A stretch of DNA of 64,000 nucleotides, taken from contig JAMWCW010000002.1 of NCBI GenBank assembly GCA_023819145.1, forward strand, positions 139,231 through 203,230. Reading direction: 5' to 3'. The position numbers and the translations under genes are program-made. This stretch comes from Candidatus Omnitrophota bacterium. Lineage in GTDB: Bacteria; Omnitrophota; Gorgyraeia; DTHP01. Shown here one piece after another: positions 53,560 to 63,044 of this stretch; position 1 is the stretch's first letter; every line of letters starts with the position of its first letter. Below the pieces are notes generated by a model. It worked only from the letters and a program-made list of their open reading frames with translations. It searched no databases and was not told where the DNA came from.

Positions 53560-53970
53560 TTATTTAAGTTCGATCTTTGCGCCCACTTCTTCCAGTTTCT
53601 TCTTAATACTCTGTGCCTCTTCCTTGCCCACACCCGTCTTAATTGGTTTAGGGGCGGTATCTACCAAATCCTTTGCTTCTTTCAAACCCAGATTTGTTAT
53701 GGCACGAATTTCTTTAATCACCTTTATTTTGTCCGCACCAACCTCTGCAAGAATCACGTCAAATATGGTTTTTTCCTCAACTGCCTCTCCTGCAGAAGCA
53801 GGTTGTCCGGAAACAGCACCCACCGTCTGAACGGGTGCTACTGCGGTTACCCCAAAACGTTCTTCAAATGCCTTAACCAAATCTGCTAATTCCAAAACGG
53901 TTAACTGCTCAATAGACTTCATAATGTTCTCCAGTTTCTCAGATAATTTTACCTCTGTTTTCTCCTCCAT
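53560..53970 (-). CDS. rplL: 50S ribosomal protein L7/L12
   Basis: 136 aa, ...[19 protein letters not shown]... Ala/Gly hinge and CTD. Confidence 0.95.
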   Translation of the reverse strand: MEEKTEVKLSEKLENIMKSIEQLTVLELADLVKAFEERFGVTAVAPVQTVGAVSGQPASAGEAVEEKTIFDVILAEVGADKIKVIKEIRAITNLGLKEAKDLVDTAPKPIKTGVGKEEAQSIKKKLEEVGAKIELK

Positions 53971-53973
53971 CTT

Positions 53974-54504
53974 TCATCCCTCCTTCTTTTTTTCCTGTAA
54001 TCCTTTTAAAATAAACATTAGTTTAACATGCAGACTCAAACTATTCGCTAAACGGAATAAAATGCCCTTAAAACCACCACAGATTTTTCCCATTAATACC
54101 GAACGAGAAGGAAGCTGTGATATCTCTTTTATCTTGCCCAATGATACAACTCGGTCCTGAATAAATCCTCCTTTAATCTTAAATTCGGGAAAACTCTTAC
54201 TGTAATCCACCAAAACTTTAGAAATAATTATCGGATCATCTCCTCCAAGAACTACTCCTGTTTGCCCATTTATCAATTCTACAAAATAATCCATCTGTTT
54301 TTTTCTGAAAGCAAGGCGAGCAAGAGAATTTTTAACCACCATAAAATCAGCAGACCTCTTCTTTAAGTTCTTTCTTAATTCCTCTAAATCACTTACTTTT
54401 AACCTACTCAACTCCGCAACAAAGAAATAAGTGCTTTTGTCAAATTTCATTTCTAATTCTTCCACTAACCTTTCTCTATACCACCGACCGAATTTCTTTT
54501 CCAT
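53974..54504 (-). CDS. rplJ: 50S ribosomal protein L10
   Basis: 176 aa. Confidence 0.9.
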   Translation of the reverse strand: MEKKFGRWYRERLVEELEMKFDKSTYFFVAELSRLKVSDLEELRKNLKKRSADFMVVKNSLARLAFRKKQMDYFVELINGQTGVVLGGDDPIIISKVLVDYSKSFPEFKIKGGFIQDRVVSLGKIKEISQLPSRSVLMGKICGGFKGILFRLANSLSLHVKLMFILKGLQEKKKEG

Positions 54505-54521
54505 AAGAAGCCTTCTAAGTA

Positions 54522-55217
54522 TTAAGAAACGTATTTTGTCCAGTCTATTTTCAAACCAGGACTCATTGTCCTTGAAATCACTACATTTTTAATATACTGT
54601 CCTTTAATAGTAGCAGGTTTTGCTTTTAAGATCGCTTCCATAGCAGACTTACCATTATCATAAAGTTGATTTTCTGTAAAAGATATTCTTCCTATTCTTA
54701 CACTCACATTTCCGGTTTTATCCATTTTAAACTCTACTTTACCTTTCTTGAAGTCGTTTATTGCTTTCACCAAATCTGTAGTTACTGTTCCGGATTTGGG
54801 ATTGGGCATTAACCCCCGAGGTCCCAAAATCTTACCTAAACGAGAAATGTCCCGCATCATTTCTGGATGAGCAACAGCCACATCAAAATCTAACCACCCC
54901 CCACTTATCTTATCTATTAATTCCTGTCCTCCTACATAATCCGCACCTGCTTCTTTCGCTAATTTCTCTGCTTCGCCTTTACAAAAAACAAGAACCTTAA
55001 CCTGTTTCCCTGTCCCATGAGGAAGGAGCACCGAACCACGTACAAATTGGTCGCTCTGTTTAGAGTCAACCCCTAGACGAAAAGAAATATCTACTGACTC
55101 ATCAAATTTAGCTAAAGGCATTTTCTTCAGAATATTAATCGCCTCTTCCAAAGAATAGGTCTTGTTTTTCTCAAAAAATTTAGTTGACTCTTTAAATCTT
55201 TTACTTCTTTTCTTCAT
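54522..55217 (-). CDS. rplA: 50S ribosomal protein L1
   Basis: 231 aa. Confidence 0.95.
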   Translation of the reverse strand: MKKRSKRFKESTKFFEKNKTYSLEEAINILKKMPLAKFDESVDISFRLGVDSKQSDQFVRGSVLLPHGTGKQVKVLVFCKGEAEKLAKEAGADYVGGQELIDKISGGWLDFDVAVAHPEMMRDISRLGKILGPRGLMPNPKSGTVTTDLVKAINDFKKGKVEFKMDKTGNVSVRIGRISFTENQLYDNGKSAMEAILKAKPATIKGQYIKNVVISRTMSPGLKIDWTKYVS

Positions 55218-55638
55218 CTACTACCTCAATTCCCATACTCCGTGCAGTCCCCTCTACTATTCTCAACGCCTGTTCCAGCGAATTAGTATTCAAATCTTTC
55301 AATTTTGCCTGAGCAATTTCTTTAATCTGCTCACGCGTCACCTTACCCACTTTCTCTTTATGAGGAACACCCGAACCTTTCGCTAAACCGCATGCTCTTT
55401 TCAAAAGCACGGAACAGGGAGGACTTTTTATAATAAAAGAGAAAGACTTGTCTTCGTAAACAGTAATTAAAGCAGGAAGAATTAAACCTTCCTGTCCCTT
55501 AGTTTTTTCATTGAATTGTTTGCAAAATTCCATGATATTTATTCCATGCTGTCCCAAGGCTGGTCCGATGGGAGGAGCTGGATTTGCTTGTCCTGCGGGA
55601 CAATACAATTTTATCTGTGCCTTAACTTTCTTAGCCAT
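55201..55638 (-). CDS. rplK: 50S ribosomal protein L11
   Basis: ATG at 55638 ([38 protein letters not shown]...). Confidence 0.95.
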   Translation of the reverse strand: MAKKVKAQIKLYCPAGQANPAPPIGPALGQHGINIMEFCKQFNEKTKGQEGLILPALITVYEDKSFSFIIKSPPCSVLLKRACGLAKGSGVPHKEKVGKVTREQIKEIAQAKLKDLNTNSLEQALRIVEGTARSMGIEVVDEEKK

Positions 55639-55692
55639 GATAATAAAATTCAAATATTATTAAAGATGCAAAATGAAATTTTGATTTTTGCA

Positions 55693-56223
55693 TTATATTT
55701 TCTCCACCTGCCAAAATTCTAATTCTACAGGAGTAGCGCGTCCAAAAATAGAAACATTAACTTTTACCTTACCCTTATCTAATAATATTTCTTCTACGGT
55801 ACCATTAAAATCCATAAACGGACCTTCCTTAATTCTTACACTCTCTCCAACTTCAAAAATGACTTTAGGAACCGGTTTCTCTTTCCTTTCTTCACTCTTT
55901 TTCAATATTGCTTCTATCTCTGTGTAATCCAAAGCCACAGCTTGAGGTCCGCTTCCTAAAAAACCTAAAATACCGGGTGTTGTTTTTAAGAGATACCAAC
56001 TTTTCTCATTTAGTTCCATCTCTATAAATATATACCCCGGGAAAAACTTTCTCTCGGATATTTTCTTTTTGCCTCCCCGGACTTCAGAAATTGTCTCTTT
56101 AGGAACAACTATCTGACCAATAATCTCAGATAACATTTCTTGTTTTACTCTTGTTTCAATACTTGTTTTCACCCTCTCTTCTTGGCCAGTTTGAGTATGT
56201 ACAACATACCATTTTTTGTCCAT
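55693..56223 (-). CDS. nusG: transcription antitermination factor NusG
   Basis: 176 aa, NGN domain (KWYVVHTQTGQE) and KOW (RIKEGPFMDFNGTVEEI). Confidence 0.95.
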   Translation of the reverse strand: MDKKWYVVHTQTGQEERVKTSIETRVKQEMLSEIIGQIVVPKETISEVRGGKKKISERKFFPGYIFIEMELNEKSWYLLKTTPGILGFLGSGPQAVALDYTEIEAILKKSEERKEKPVPKVIFEVGESVRIKEGPFMDFNGTVEEILLDKGKVKVNVSIFGRATPVELEFWQVEKI

Positions 56224-56224
56224 C

Positions 56225-56407
56225 TTATTTGATAATAAAATTTATCAATTGGGAAAGGAGAAAATCTACTACTCCAATAAAAACTGCTAAAATCCCCACC
56301 GTTACCACCACTACTATCGTCGAACCCCAAACCTCTTCCTTGGTGGTCCAAGAGGTTTTTCTAAGTTCTGTGCCGACTTCTTGAAGAAAACTCTTTATTT
56401 TCTTCAT
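56225..56407 (-). CDS. secE: preprotein translocase subunit SecE
   Basis: 60 aa, single TM, ...VGTELRKTSWTTKEEVWGSTIVVVVTVGILAVFIG..., immediately upstream of nusG. Confidence 0.85.
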   Translation of the reverse strand: MKKIKSFLQEVGTELRKTSWTTKEEVWGSTIVVVVTVGILAVFIGVVDFLLSQLINFIIK

Positions 56408-56529
56408 TCGTATAAGTGTATCAAATATAAATACTTACGCAAATAACACTCTTCTGAAATTAAAGTATAAAAAACCTACCTTTTCCTGATTAATTACGTT
56501 TTCAAACCAGGTAAATAAATTACCTTTTC

Positions 56530-56601
56530 CAGGCCTGGAGGGACTTGAACCCCCAACCAACGGATTTGGAGTCCGCTGCTCTACCTTAGAGCTACAGGCC
56601 T
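56530..56601 (-). tRNA. tRNA-Trp (anticodon CCA)
   Basis: Hand-folded cloverleaf: AGGCCTG/TA/GCTC..GAGC/GCGGA-CTCCAAA-TCCGT/T-arm GGGGG-TTCAAGT-CCCTC/CAGGCCT+G. No encoded CCA. Confidence 0.85.
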
Positions 56602-56650
56602 TATTTAGACTGCTAAGTTATTATTGTATATTTGAAATTCTTTCCTAATT

Positions 56651-56800
56651 TTATTTTATTTCTTTATGTAGTGTATGCTTCCGGCAAAACTTACAATATT
56701 TTCTAAATTCCAGACGATCGGGATTATTTTTCTTATTCTTGGTGGTGGTATAATTCCTTGCTTTGCATTCACCACAGGCTAAGGTAATTATCTCTTGCAT
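56651..56800 (-). CDS. rpmG: 50S ribosomal protein L33 (zinc-ribbon form)
   Basis: Hand translation: [49 protein letters not shown] (49 aa, C4). Starts directly after the tuf stop. Not in the ORF track. Confidence 0.85.
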   Translation of the reverse strand: MQEIITLACGECKARNYTTTKNKKNNPDRLEFRKYCKFCRKHTLHKEIK

Positions 56801-58003
56801 TTATGCAATTACCTCCGAAACCACTCCTGCGCCTACAGTTCTCCCTCCTTCGCGGATAGCAAAGCGCAGTTCTTTTTCCAAGGCTACCGGTTTTATTAAT
56901 TCTACCTCAATACTTACGTTATCACCAGGCATTACCATCTCTACGCCTTTCGGTAAATGCGCCACACCTGTAACATCGGTGGTGCGAAAATAAAATTGCG
57001 GGCGGTAACCTTCAAAGAAAGGAGTGTGTCTTCCTCCCTCCTCTTTGGTCAACACATATACCTCTGCTTTAAATTTTGTATGGGGAGTTATGGAACCCGG
57101 TTTGGCAATAACCATCCCCCGTTCTAAATCTTCTTTCTCTATCCCCCGCAAAAGTAATCCTACATTATCTCCTGCTATTCCCTCGTCTAAAAGTTTTCTA
57201 AACATCTCGATACCCGTTACCACTGTCTTTTTTATCTCTGGGCGTAAACCTACAATATCTACTTCATCATTTAAAACCACTTTTCCTCTTTCTACTCTTC
57301 CCGTACCTACTGTTCCTCGTCCCGTGATGGAGAAAACATCTTCTACGGCCATTAGAAAAGGTTTATCCACATCGCGGACTGGTGTGGGAACAAAATTGTC
57401 CACTGCTTCCATAAGATCTAATATCGGTTTGCACTTGGGACAGGTATCTTTAGCACAGCCACAGTTCATTGCTTCCAAAGCACTACCCCTAATTACTGGT
57501 GTTTTATCGCCGGGGAATTTATATTTCGTCAAAAGCTCTCTTACCTCAAGTTCCACAAGGTCTATCAACTCCTTATCATCTACAGCATCTACTTTATTAA
57601 GAAAAACAACAATACTGGGAACGTTCACTTGGCGGGCAAGCAGAATATGCTCACGTGTCTGGGGCATAGGTCCGTCGACTGCAGACACTACAAGAATTGA
57701 CCCATCCATTTGAGCTGCACCGGTGATCATATTTTTAATATAATCGGCATGGCCGGGACAATCGATATGTGCATAGTGACGATTCTTTGTCTGGTATTCA
57801 ACATGGGAAATATTTATAGTCAAACCCCTTTCTTTCTCCTCAGGAGCATTGTCTATTTCCTCATAATTCTTCGCCTGCGCAAAACCGTGTTTCTCGAGGA
57901 CTTTGGTAATCGCAGAAGTAAGAGTTGTCTTACCATGGTCTACATGTCCAATCGTTCCCACATTCACATGTGGCTTAGTGCGTTCAAATTTCTCTTTTGC
58001 CAT
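56801..58003 (-). CDS. tuf: translation elongation factor Tu
   Basis: 400 aa, [22 protein letters not shown]. Confidence 0.98.
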   Translation of the reverse strand: MAKEKFERTKPHVNVGTIGHVDHGKTTLTSAITKVLEKHGFAQAKNYEEIDNAPEEKERGLTINISHVEYQTKNRHYAHIDCPGHADYIKNMITGAAQMDGSILVVSAVDGPMPQTREHILLARQVNVPSIVVFLNKVDAVDDKELIDLVELEVRELLTKYKFPGDKTPVIRGSALEAMNCGCAKDTCPKCKPILDLMEAVDNFVPTPVRDVDKPFLMAVEDVFSITGRGTVGTGRVERGKVVLNDEVDIVGLRPEIKKTVVTGIEMFRKLLDEGIAGDNVGLLLRGIEKEDLERGMVIAKPGSITPHTKFKAEVYVLTKEEGGRHTPFFEGYRPQFYFRTTDVTGVAHLPKGVEMVMPGDNVSIEVELIKPVALEKELRFAIREGGRTVGAGVVSEVIA

Positions 58004-58065
58004 ATTATCCCTCCTCCTTTTAAATAGCTAAATTGTTTTACTTCTCTAATTGTTGCAATTAGTAA

Positions 58066-58138
58066 AGCCCTCGACCGGAATCGAACCGGTGACCCCGTCG
58101 TTACCAACGACGTGCTCTACCTACTGAGCTACAAGGGC
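58066..58138 (-). tRNA. tRNA-Thr (anticodon GGT)
   Basis: Cloverleaf GCCCTTG/TA/GCTC-AGTAGGTA-GAGC/CGTCG-TTGGTAA-CGACG/.../T-arm ACCGG-TTCGATT-CCGGT/CGAGGGC. Confidence 0.85.
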
Positions 58139-58163
58139 AAACCCCCTTTAGAATAATTTTCTA

Positions 58164-58191
58164 ATTATATAATTTTAAATTTTTTTGTCAA
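58164..58191 (-). promoter_or_regulatory. near-consensus sigma70-type promoter (TTGACA-N16-TATAAT) with upstream A-tract
   Basis: Minus-strand reading: aaaaaaaaCTTGACAaaaaaatttaaaattaTATAATtag. -35 = revcomp of 58186-58191, -10 = revcomp of 58164-58169. About 25 nt upstream of tRNA-Thr(GGT)/tuf. Confidence 0.6.
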
Positions 58192-58343
58192 GTTTTTTTT
58201 ATATTTTTTTATTAGTCTGTAATTTTTTTGTCTTTTTTTGTGTCTTAAAAACAGTACAACTAAAGTCGCACCCTCATACAAAAATCCTCAATGGTCTTCT
58301 AGGTTCAATAAAAAACCGATGGGATTCCTAAAGTACTCCACAA

Positions 58344-58414
58344 AGCGGGAGAGGGGAATCGAACCCCCATATACAGCTTGGAAGGCTGTTGTTCTACCAC
58401 TGAACTACTCCCGC
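58344..58414 (-). tRNA. tRNA-Gly (anticodon TCC)
   Basis: Cloverleaf GCGGGAG/TA/GTTC-AGTGGTA-GAAC/ACAGC-CTTCCAA-GCTGT/T-arm GGGGG-TTCGATT-CCCCT/CTCCCGC+T. Confidence 0.85.
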
Positions 58415-58483
58415 ACTATGTTGGGAAAAATCCGTTATCCCTAATGTAGTCTTGATACGGAGCCTGATATTTTTAATAATTTT

Positions 58484-58565
58484 TGGGCAGGGAAGGATTT
58501 GAACCTCCGAAGGCTACGCCGCCAGATTTACAGTCTGGTGCCATTGTCCACTCGGCCACCTGCCC
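58484..58565 (-). tRNA. tRNA-Tyr (anticodon GTA, long variable arm)
   Basis: GGGCAGG/TG/GCC..GGC/CCAGA-CTGTAAA-TCTGG/long variable arm/T-arm GGAGG-TTCAAAT-CCTTC/CCTGCCC+A. Confidence 0.8.
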
Positions 58566-58593
58566 AAAAGAAAATAATTGTAAGATCTATTTT

Positions 58594-58666
58594 AGCTGGC
58601 GAGAGGAATCGAACCTCCAACCCGCGGTTTACAAAACCGCTGCTCTGCCTACTGAGCTACGCCAGC
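58594..58666 (-). tRNA. tRNA-Thr (anticodon TGT)
   Basis: GCTGGCG/TA/GCTC-AGTAGGCA-GAGC/GCGGT-TTTGTAA-ACCGC/T-arm GGAGG-TTCGATT-CCTCT/CGCCAGC+T. Confidence 0.85.
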
Positions 58667-59523
58667 AATCTTTTTATTGCCTTAGGGATATTTTCTAAAA
58701 TATCTGAAGCAATCAATCCGTAGTCGGTTTTTTCTTTTTTTGCTAAATCTCCAGCTAATCCGTGTAAGTAAACACCTAATTTCGCTGATTCAAAAGGAGA
58801 GATTTTTTGAGCTAAAAATCCTCCAATCATTCCTGTCAAAACATCCCCACTTCCTGCGCTAGCCATCCCTGGATTGCCGGTTTTATTTATGTAAATTTCT
58901 TTGTCTTGCTGAGCAACGATTGTTTGATATCCTTTTAAAACAAGAGTCATATTATAACTTTTCAAAAAATTTTTTACAACCGAAATTTTATTTTCTTTAA
59001 TTTTTTCTATCGAAATACCTGTAAGTCTAGAAAACTCTCCGATGTGGGGAGTAAGAATTAAATCGCTTTTTATCTCTTCAAGAATTTTTTTATACCCTTC
59101 CAATGCATTTATACCATCCGCATCTAATACAATTGGTAAATCAATTTTTTTTAATAAAAATCTTGCCAATTCTTGAGTCTCCTTGTTTCTTGAAAGCCCA
59201 GGTCCAACAATTATACAATCGCATTTCTTAAGAAAATCAAGAATTTTATCCTTTGCTTTAAAACCTAAACTTGCCTCTTTTGTCTCCGGAAGTGGTAGAG
59301 TCATTACCTCAGTTAGTTTTATTTCTAGTATAGGATTAAGACTCTCCGGAATTCCTAAGGTAACTAAACCCGCTCCTACTCTTAAAACTGCGAGAGAACA
59401 TAATGTCGCTGCTCCGGTTAACCCTTTTGAGCCTGCAAGAACAAAAACATGTCCATAGTCCCCTTTGTGGGTATCTTGATTTCGCTGAGGCAAAAACTTA
59501 ACCATTTCTTTCTTTATATCCAT
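58657..59523 (-). CDS. nnr: ADP-dependent (S)-NAD(P)H-hydrate dehydratase (YjeF C-terminal domain only)
   Basis: 288 aa, ...HKGDYGHVFVLAGSKGLTGAATLCSLAVLRVGAGLV... carbohydrate-kinase-like fold. No N-terminal epimerase domain. The 3' end overlaps tRNA-Thr(TGT) by about 10 nt. Confidence 0.75.
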   Translation of the reverse strand: MDIKKEMVKFLPQRNQDTHKGDYGHVFVLAGSKGLTGAATLCSLAVLRVGAGLVTLGIPESLNPILEIKLTEVMTLPLPETKEASLGFKAKDKILDFLKKCDCIIVGPGLSRNKETQELARFLLKKIDLPIVLDADGINALEGYKKILEEIKSDLILTPHIGEFSRLTGISIEKIKENKISVVKNFLKSYNMTLVLKGYQTIVAQQDKEIYINKTGNPGMASAGSGDVLTGMIGGFLAQKISPFESAKLGVYLHGLAGDLAKKEKTDYGLIASDILENIPKAIKRLLA

Positions 59524-59553
59524 TACTCAATACTTCTTCCTAGTGACTACCTA

Positions 59554-59925
59554 CTACTTTACTACTACTACTGCTTGGGCTATTGCATAATTTTTGGTAT
59601 GCGTAAGACTGACTTTTATTTGCTGAATCTTTTCTTTTCCTATCAATCCTTTTGCTTTTTTACTCAAAAAAACTCGCGGTTTTCCCTTCCCATTATTGAG
59701 AATTTCTATGTCCTGCCAATTAATCTTAGAGTTTCCCAATGCTTTGAATACTGCTTCTTTGGCTGCAAACCGTGCCGCTAAATTTTCATAATAAAATTTT
59801 TTATTTCTGACATAATCTCTTTCACGGGAAGTAAAAACTCTCTCTAAAAATTTATCTCCCCATCTATTCAACGCTTTCCTTATCCTCTCTGTTTCTATTA
59901 AATCTATCCCTGTTTCAATCTTCAT
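59554..59925 (-). CDS. acpS: holo-[acyl-carrier-protein] synthase
   Basis: 123 aa, [19 protein letters not shown]... typical AcpS. Confidence 0.9.
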   Translation of the reverse strand: MKIETGIDLIETERIRKALNRWGDKFLERVFTSRERDYVRNKKFYYENLAARFAAKEAVFKALGNSKINWQDIEILNNGKGKPRVFLSKKAKGLIGKEKIQQIKVSLTHTKNYAIAQAVVVVK

Positions 59926-60635
59926 TTCAATAATTCCAGCATTTCTTTAACCGCCTTTTCTAAACCTACAAAAACTGCACGGGAAATAATTGCATGACCA
60001 ATATTTAATTCTTCGATTCCGGGGATCTTAGCTATGTTACGCACATTGAGATAATCCAATCCATGACCAGCATTAACCCTTAAACCAAAACCTTTAGCCA
60101 CTTGTGTTGCTTGAATTAACCTAGTCAAAGCTTCTTCTCTCTCAATTTCGCCCTTTGCATTAGCATACACTCCCGTATGTAGTTCAACAAATTCCACCCG
60201 CGTCTCTCTTGCTTTCTTAATCTGCGACTCTAAAGGATCAACAAAAAGACTTACTACAATTCCTTCTTTGTGCAATCTCTCTACTACTTCTTTTATCTGA
60301 GAAAAATATTTTACGACATCCAATCCGCCTTCGGTTGTAATTTCTTCTCTTTTTTCAGGAACTAAAGTTGCCTGGTCTGGCTTTACTTCACAAGCAATAT
60401 CTACTATCTCTTTAACAATGGACATCTCTAAATTAAGCTTAGATTTCACGATAGAGCGTAGGATTTTTAAATCCCGTTCATTTATATGTCGACGGTCTTC
60501 TCGTAAGTGAACAACTATACTATTGCAACCGGCGAGTTCACAAAGAACTGCTGCCCATGCTGGATCGGGTTCCTTAGCTCTCCGTGCCTGACGGAGGGTT
60601 GCTATATGGTCAATATTAACTCCTAATTTAACCAT
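59922..60635 (-). CDS. pdxJ: pyridoxine 5'-phosphate synthase
   Basis: 237 aa, [19 protein letters not shown]... canonical PdxJ. pdxJ-acpS adjacency as in many bacteria. Confidence 0.95.
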   Translation of the reverse strand: MVKLGVNIDHIATLRQARRAKEPDPAWAAVLCELAGCNSIVVHLREDRRHINERDLKILRSIVKSKLNLEMSIVKEIVDIACEVKPDQATLVPEKREEITTEGGLDVVKYFSQIKEVVERLHKEGIVVSLFVDPLESQIKKARETRVEFVELHTGVYANAKGEIEREEALTRLIQATQVAKGFGLRVNAGHGLDYLNVRNIAKIPGIEELNIGHAIISRAVFVGLEKAVKEMLELLK

Positions 60636-60637
60636 AA

Positions 60638-61072
60638 TTATCGCCTTGCTCTCTCTACAGGGATAGTCACTTCCACTTCCCCTTCAGGAACAATGATATT
60701 AGAAAGTGATTGCAAGGTAGTCTTTACTACCGTAGTCTTTATAAAAGTACGTATGTCTATTGGCTCGGTATCAATATGGCTAACGCTATCTAAATACAAT
60801 TTCTTGCCTACAACTTTACAATATGAAGGATTGACCATTACTTTAGATTCTACAAAGATGTATCCGGAAGGGGGTGAACCTTTAATATTTGCCCGAATGG
60901 GTAATTCCCTAATCTCTAAGTTGAGTTCTTTGTCCCAAATTAAAGTTACCTTCTCTTTTTTCTTAGACTGAGAAATCTCGCTATTAATATATAGCCAAGA
61001 AAAAATTGCCAAAAGCAGAGAAATTATTTTTACAAACAGGTTATCAAAAACTATAATTTTTCTCGTCATCAA
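60638..61072 (-). CDS. YbbR-like single-domain membrane-anchored protein (putative CdaR-type regulator of CdaA)
   Basis: 144 aa. N-terminal TM helix plus one beta-rich YbbR-like module. Position immediately after cdaA. Confidence 0.5.
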   Translation of the reverse strand: MMTRKIIVFDNLFVKIISLLLAIFSWLYINSEISQSKKKEKVTLIWDKELNLEIRELPIRANIKGSPPSGYIFVESKVMVNPSYCKVVGKKLYLDSVSHIDTEPIDIRTFIKTTVVKTTLQSLSNIIVPEGEVEVTIPVERARR

Positions 61073-61842
61073 GGTTTTCTTGCAACTCGGGATTGATAAA
61101 GCTGATTCAAAGTAGTTCGTAAAATTTTTTCATCTATATCCAATCTCAAAATTCCTTTTTGAGCAAGGGAAATGGAACCATTTTCTTCAGATATTACAAT
61201 AACCAATGCATCACTTTCTTCCGATAACCCCACTGCTGCTCTGTGGCGCATTCCTATTGTTTTAGAAAGATAAGGGTTAGTAGAAACAGGAAAGAAACAA
61301 CCCGCAGCCACAATCCTTTGCCCCTGAATAATTACCCCGCCATCATGTAGGGGGTTACCCGGATAAAAAATAGTCTCGATCATCTCAGAGGAAACAAGAG
61401 ACTCCAGTCTAATTCCTGTCTCTATATACTGCTCTAAACTCACATCCCGCTGTATAGCAATTAACCCCCCAATTCTTTTCTCAGAAAGTTTTAATATCCC
61501 TTTAATCAAACCTTCCCACTTCTTTTCTTCGCGAAAGAAAATTCCTAAAAAATGTCCCCCTCCTAGACGAATGAGTCCGTTTCTTAATTCCGGCTGAAAA
61601 ATAATAAGTAAGGCAATTACAGAAATAGCGAAAATCCTATTGATAATCCAAGTAATTACCTCTAATCCCAAACGCTGAGTAAGTAAAAATATTACCAGAA
61701 GAATTATAATCACTTTAAGTGCCTGCACTACTCGACTACTACGTATAAAATTTAAAACTTGATAAAAAACAACCCAGAGGATAAATATTTCCAAGAGAGA
61801 TTTTAAGAAAAATGGACTAAAATAATAAACTAATTTAGACAT
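61069..61842 (-). CDS. cdaA: diadenylate cyclase CdaA (DacA)
   Basis: 257 aa. Three N-terminal TM helices. DAC domain with DGGVIIQG and TIGMRHRAAVGLSEESDALVIVISEENG. Confidence 0.9.
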   Translation of the reverse strand: MSKLVYYFSPFFLKSLLEIFILWVVFYQVLNFIRSSRVVQALKVIIILLVIFLLTQRLGLEVITWIINRIFAISVIALLIIFQPELRNGLIRLGGGHFLGIFFREEKKWEGLIKGILKLSEKRIGGLIAIQRDVSLEQYIETGIRLESLVSSEMIETIFYPGNPLHDGGVIIQGQRIVAAGCFFPVSTNPYLSKTIGMRHRAAVGLSEESDALVIVISEENGSISLAQKGILRLDIDEKILRTTLNQLYQSRVARKP

Positions 61843-63044
61843 CTTCCAGATTCTATAACGGCATCAATTAATTTAACCGCCTGTTTTACTTCTTCGACAT
61901 CATGAACACGCAAAATATTTGCTCCATTGATTACTGCCAAAGAACAACTAGCGATCGTTCCATAAAGTCTTTTATCAACATCAAGATTAAGTACTTTACC
62001 AATAAATGACTTGCGGGAAGTTCCAATCATAATCGGACGCCCCAAAACTCTAAATTGATGAAGATTTTTCAAAATAATGAGATTATGTTCTACAGTTTTA
62101 CCGAAGCCAATCCCTGGGTCTACAATAATATCATCTACCGAAATGCCTGCCTTGCTTGCTAAATCTATACCTGCTTCTAGATAATCAATAATCTCGGAAA
62201 TTAAATCTGCGTACACAGGATTTCTCTGCATAGTTCGAGGATTTCCCCGCATATGCATAATTACTACCGGCACCTTATAATGCGCCACTACTTCTCTCAT
62301 CTTTTTATCTCCGCGTAATCCACTCACGTCATTTACCATAGAAACACCTGCTTCTATTGCTTCTTTTGCTACCTTTGCCTTACAGGTATCAATGGAAAGA
62401 GGAATTTTTAATCTTTTACTCAAAATTTTTATAACCGGAATAGTTCTTTTCAACTCTTCATCTTCCGAAACGGTTTTTGCGCCTGGCCGGGTAGATTCTC
62501 CTCCAACATCAATTATATCCGCTCCTTCCTCTGCCATCTTTAGAGCAAACTCAATCGCTTCCTGTGGTCGTCTATAGAACCTTCCACCATCACTAAAAGA
62601 ATCGGGGGTAAGATTAAGAATTCCCATAAGGTATGTCCGTTTACCCAAAGAGAGAGAAAACCGACCTGCTTTTATATCCCATCTTCTCCTCTGAACATTC
62701 GCTAATGTGAGTTCGATTTTTCCTCCTAATGCTCTTAAGCCCCAAGGTTGAATTTTTAGTTTATCGATAAGTTTCTGATAATGTAAAAGGGTTCCCATAA
62801 CTAAACAATCGCTCTTTTTCAATTTGCCTGTAATTACACCACGAGGTACCGCCACCTCTCCTCCCAAAGAGAGCATTTCTTGTTTTAAAACATTACATAA
62901 AAGAGAATTTAGATTTTTAATCTCCAAAGTGTAAAAAATCCCTTTCCCCGACATAATCTTCTGGCCTATGCTATCTACTTTCAGGAGATGCATCTTTTGC
63001 AAAAAATCTTTTTCATCCTCAAAGTTAAGCAGTCTTACCTTCAT
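61830..63044 (-). CDS. folP: dihydropteroate synthase with about 125-aa N-terminal extension
   Basis: 404 aa. DHPS core starts at [18 protein letters not shown]. The preceding about 125 aa is an extra domain. Overlaps the cdaA start and ftsH end. Confidence 0.8.
   Translation of the reverse strand: MKVRLLNFEDEKDFLQKMHLLKVDSIGQKIMSGKGIFYTLEIKNLNSLLCNVLKQEMLSLGGEVAVPRGVITGKLKKSDCLVMGTLLHYQKLIDKLKIQPWGLRALGGKIELTLANVQRRRWDIKAGRFSLSLGKRTYLMGILNLTPDSFSDGGRFYRRPQEAIEFALKMAEEGADIIDVGGESTRPGAKTVSEDEELKRTIPVIKILSKRLKIPLSIDTCKAKVAKEAIEAGVSMVNDVSGLRGDKKMREVVAHYKVPVVIMHMRGNPRTMQRNPVYADLISEIIDYLEAGIDLASKAGISVDDIIVDPGIGFGKTVEHNLIILKNLHQFRVLGRPIMIGTSRKSFIGKVLNLDVDKRLYGTIASCSLAVINGANILRVHDVEEVKQAVKLIDAVIESGRCLN

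Noticed and set aside
57024-57713. 229-aa plus-strand ORF
   Set aside because: Antisense to tuf (EF-Tu), which is unambiguous. A long antisense ORF in a constrained gene is expected by chance. The same reasoning applies to 47259..47825 (antisense rpoC), 50942..51346 (antisense rpoB), 23790..24323 (antisense mdh) and 14514..14846 (antisense PKD gene).
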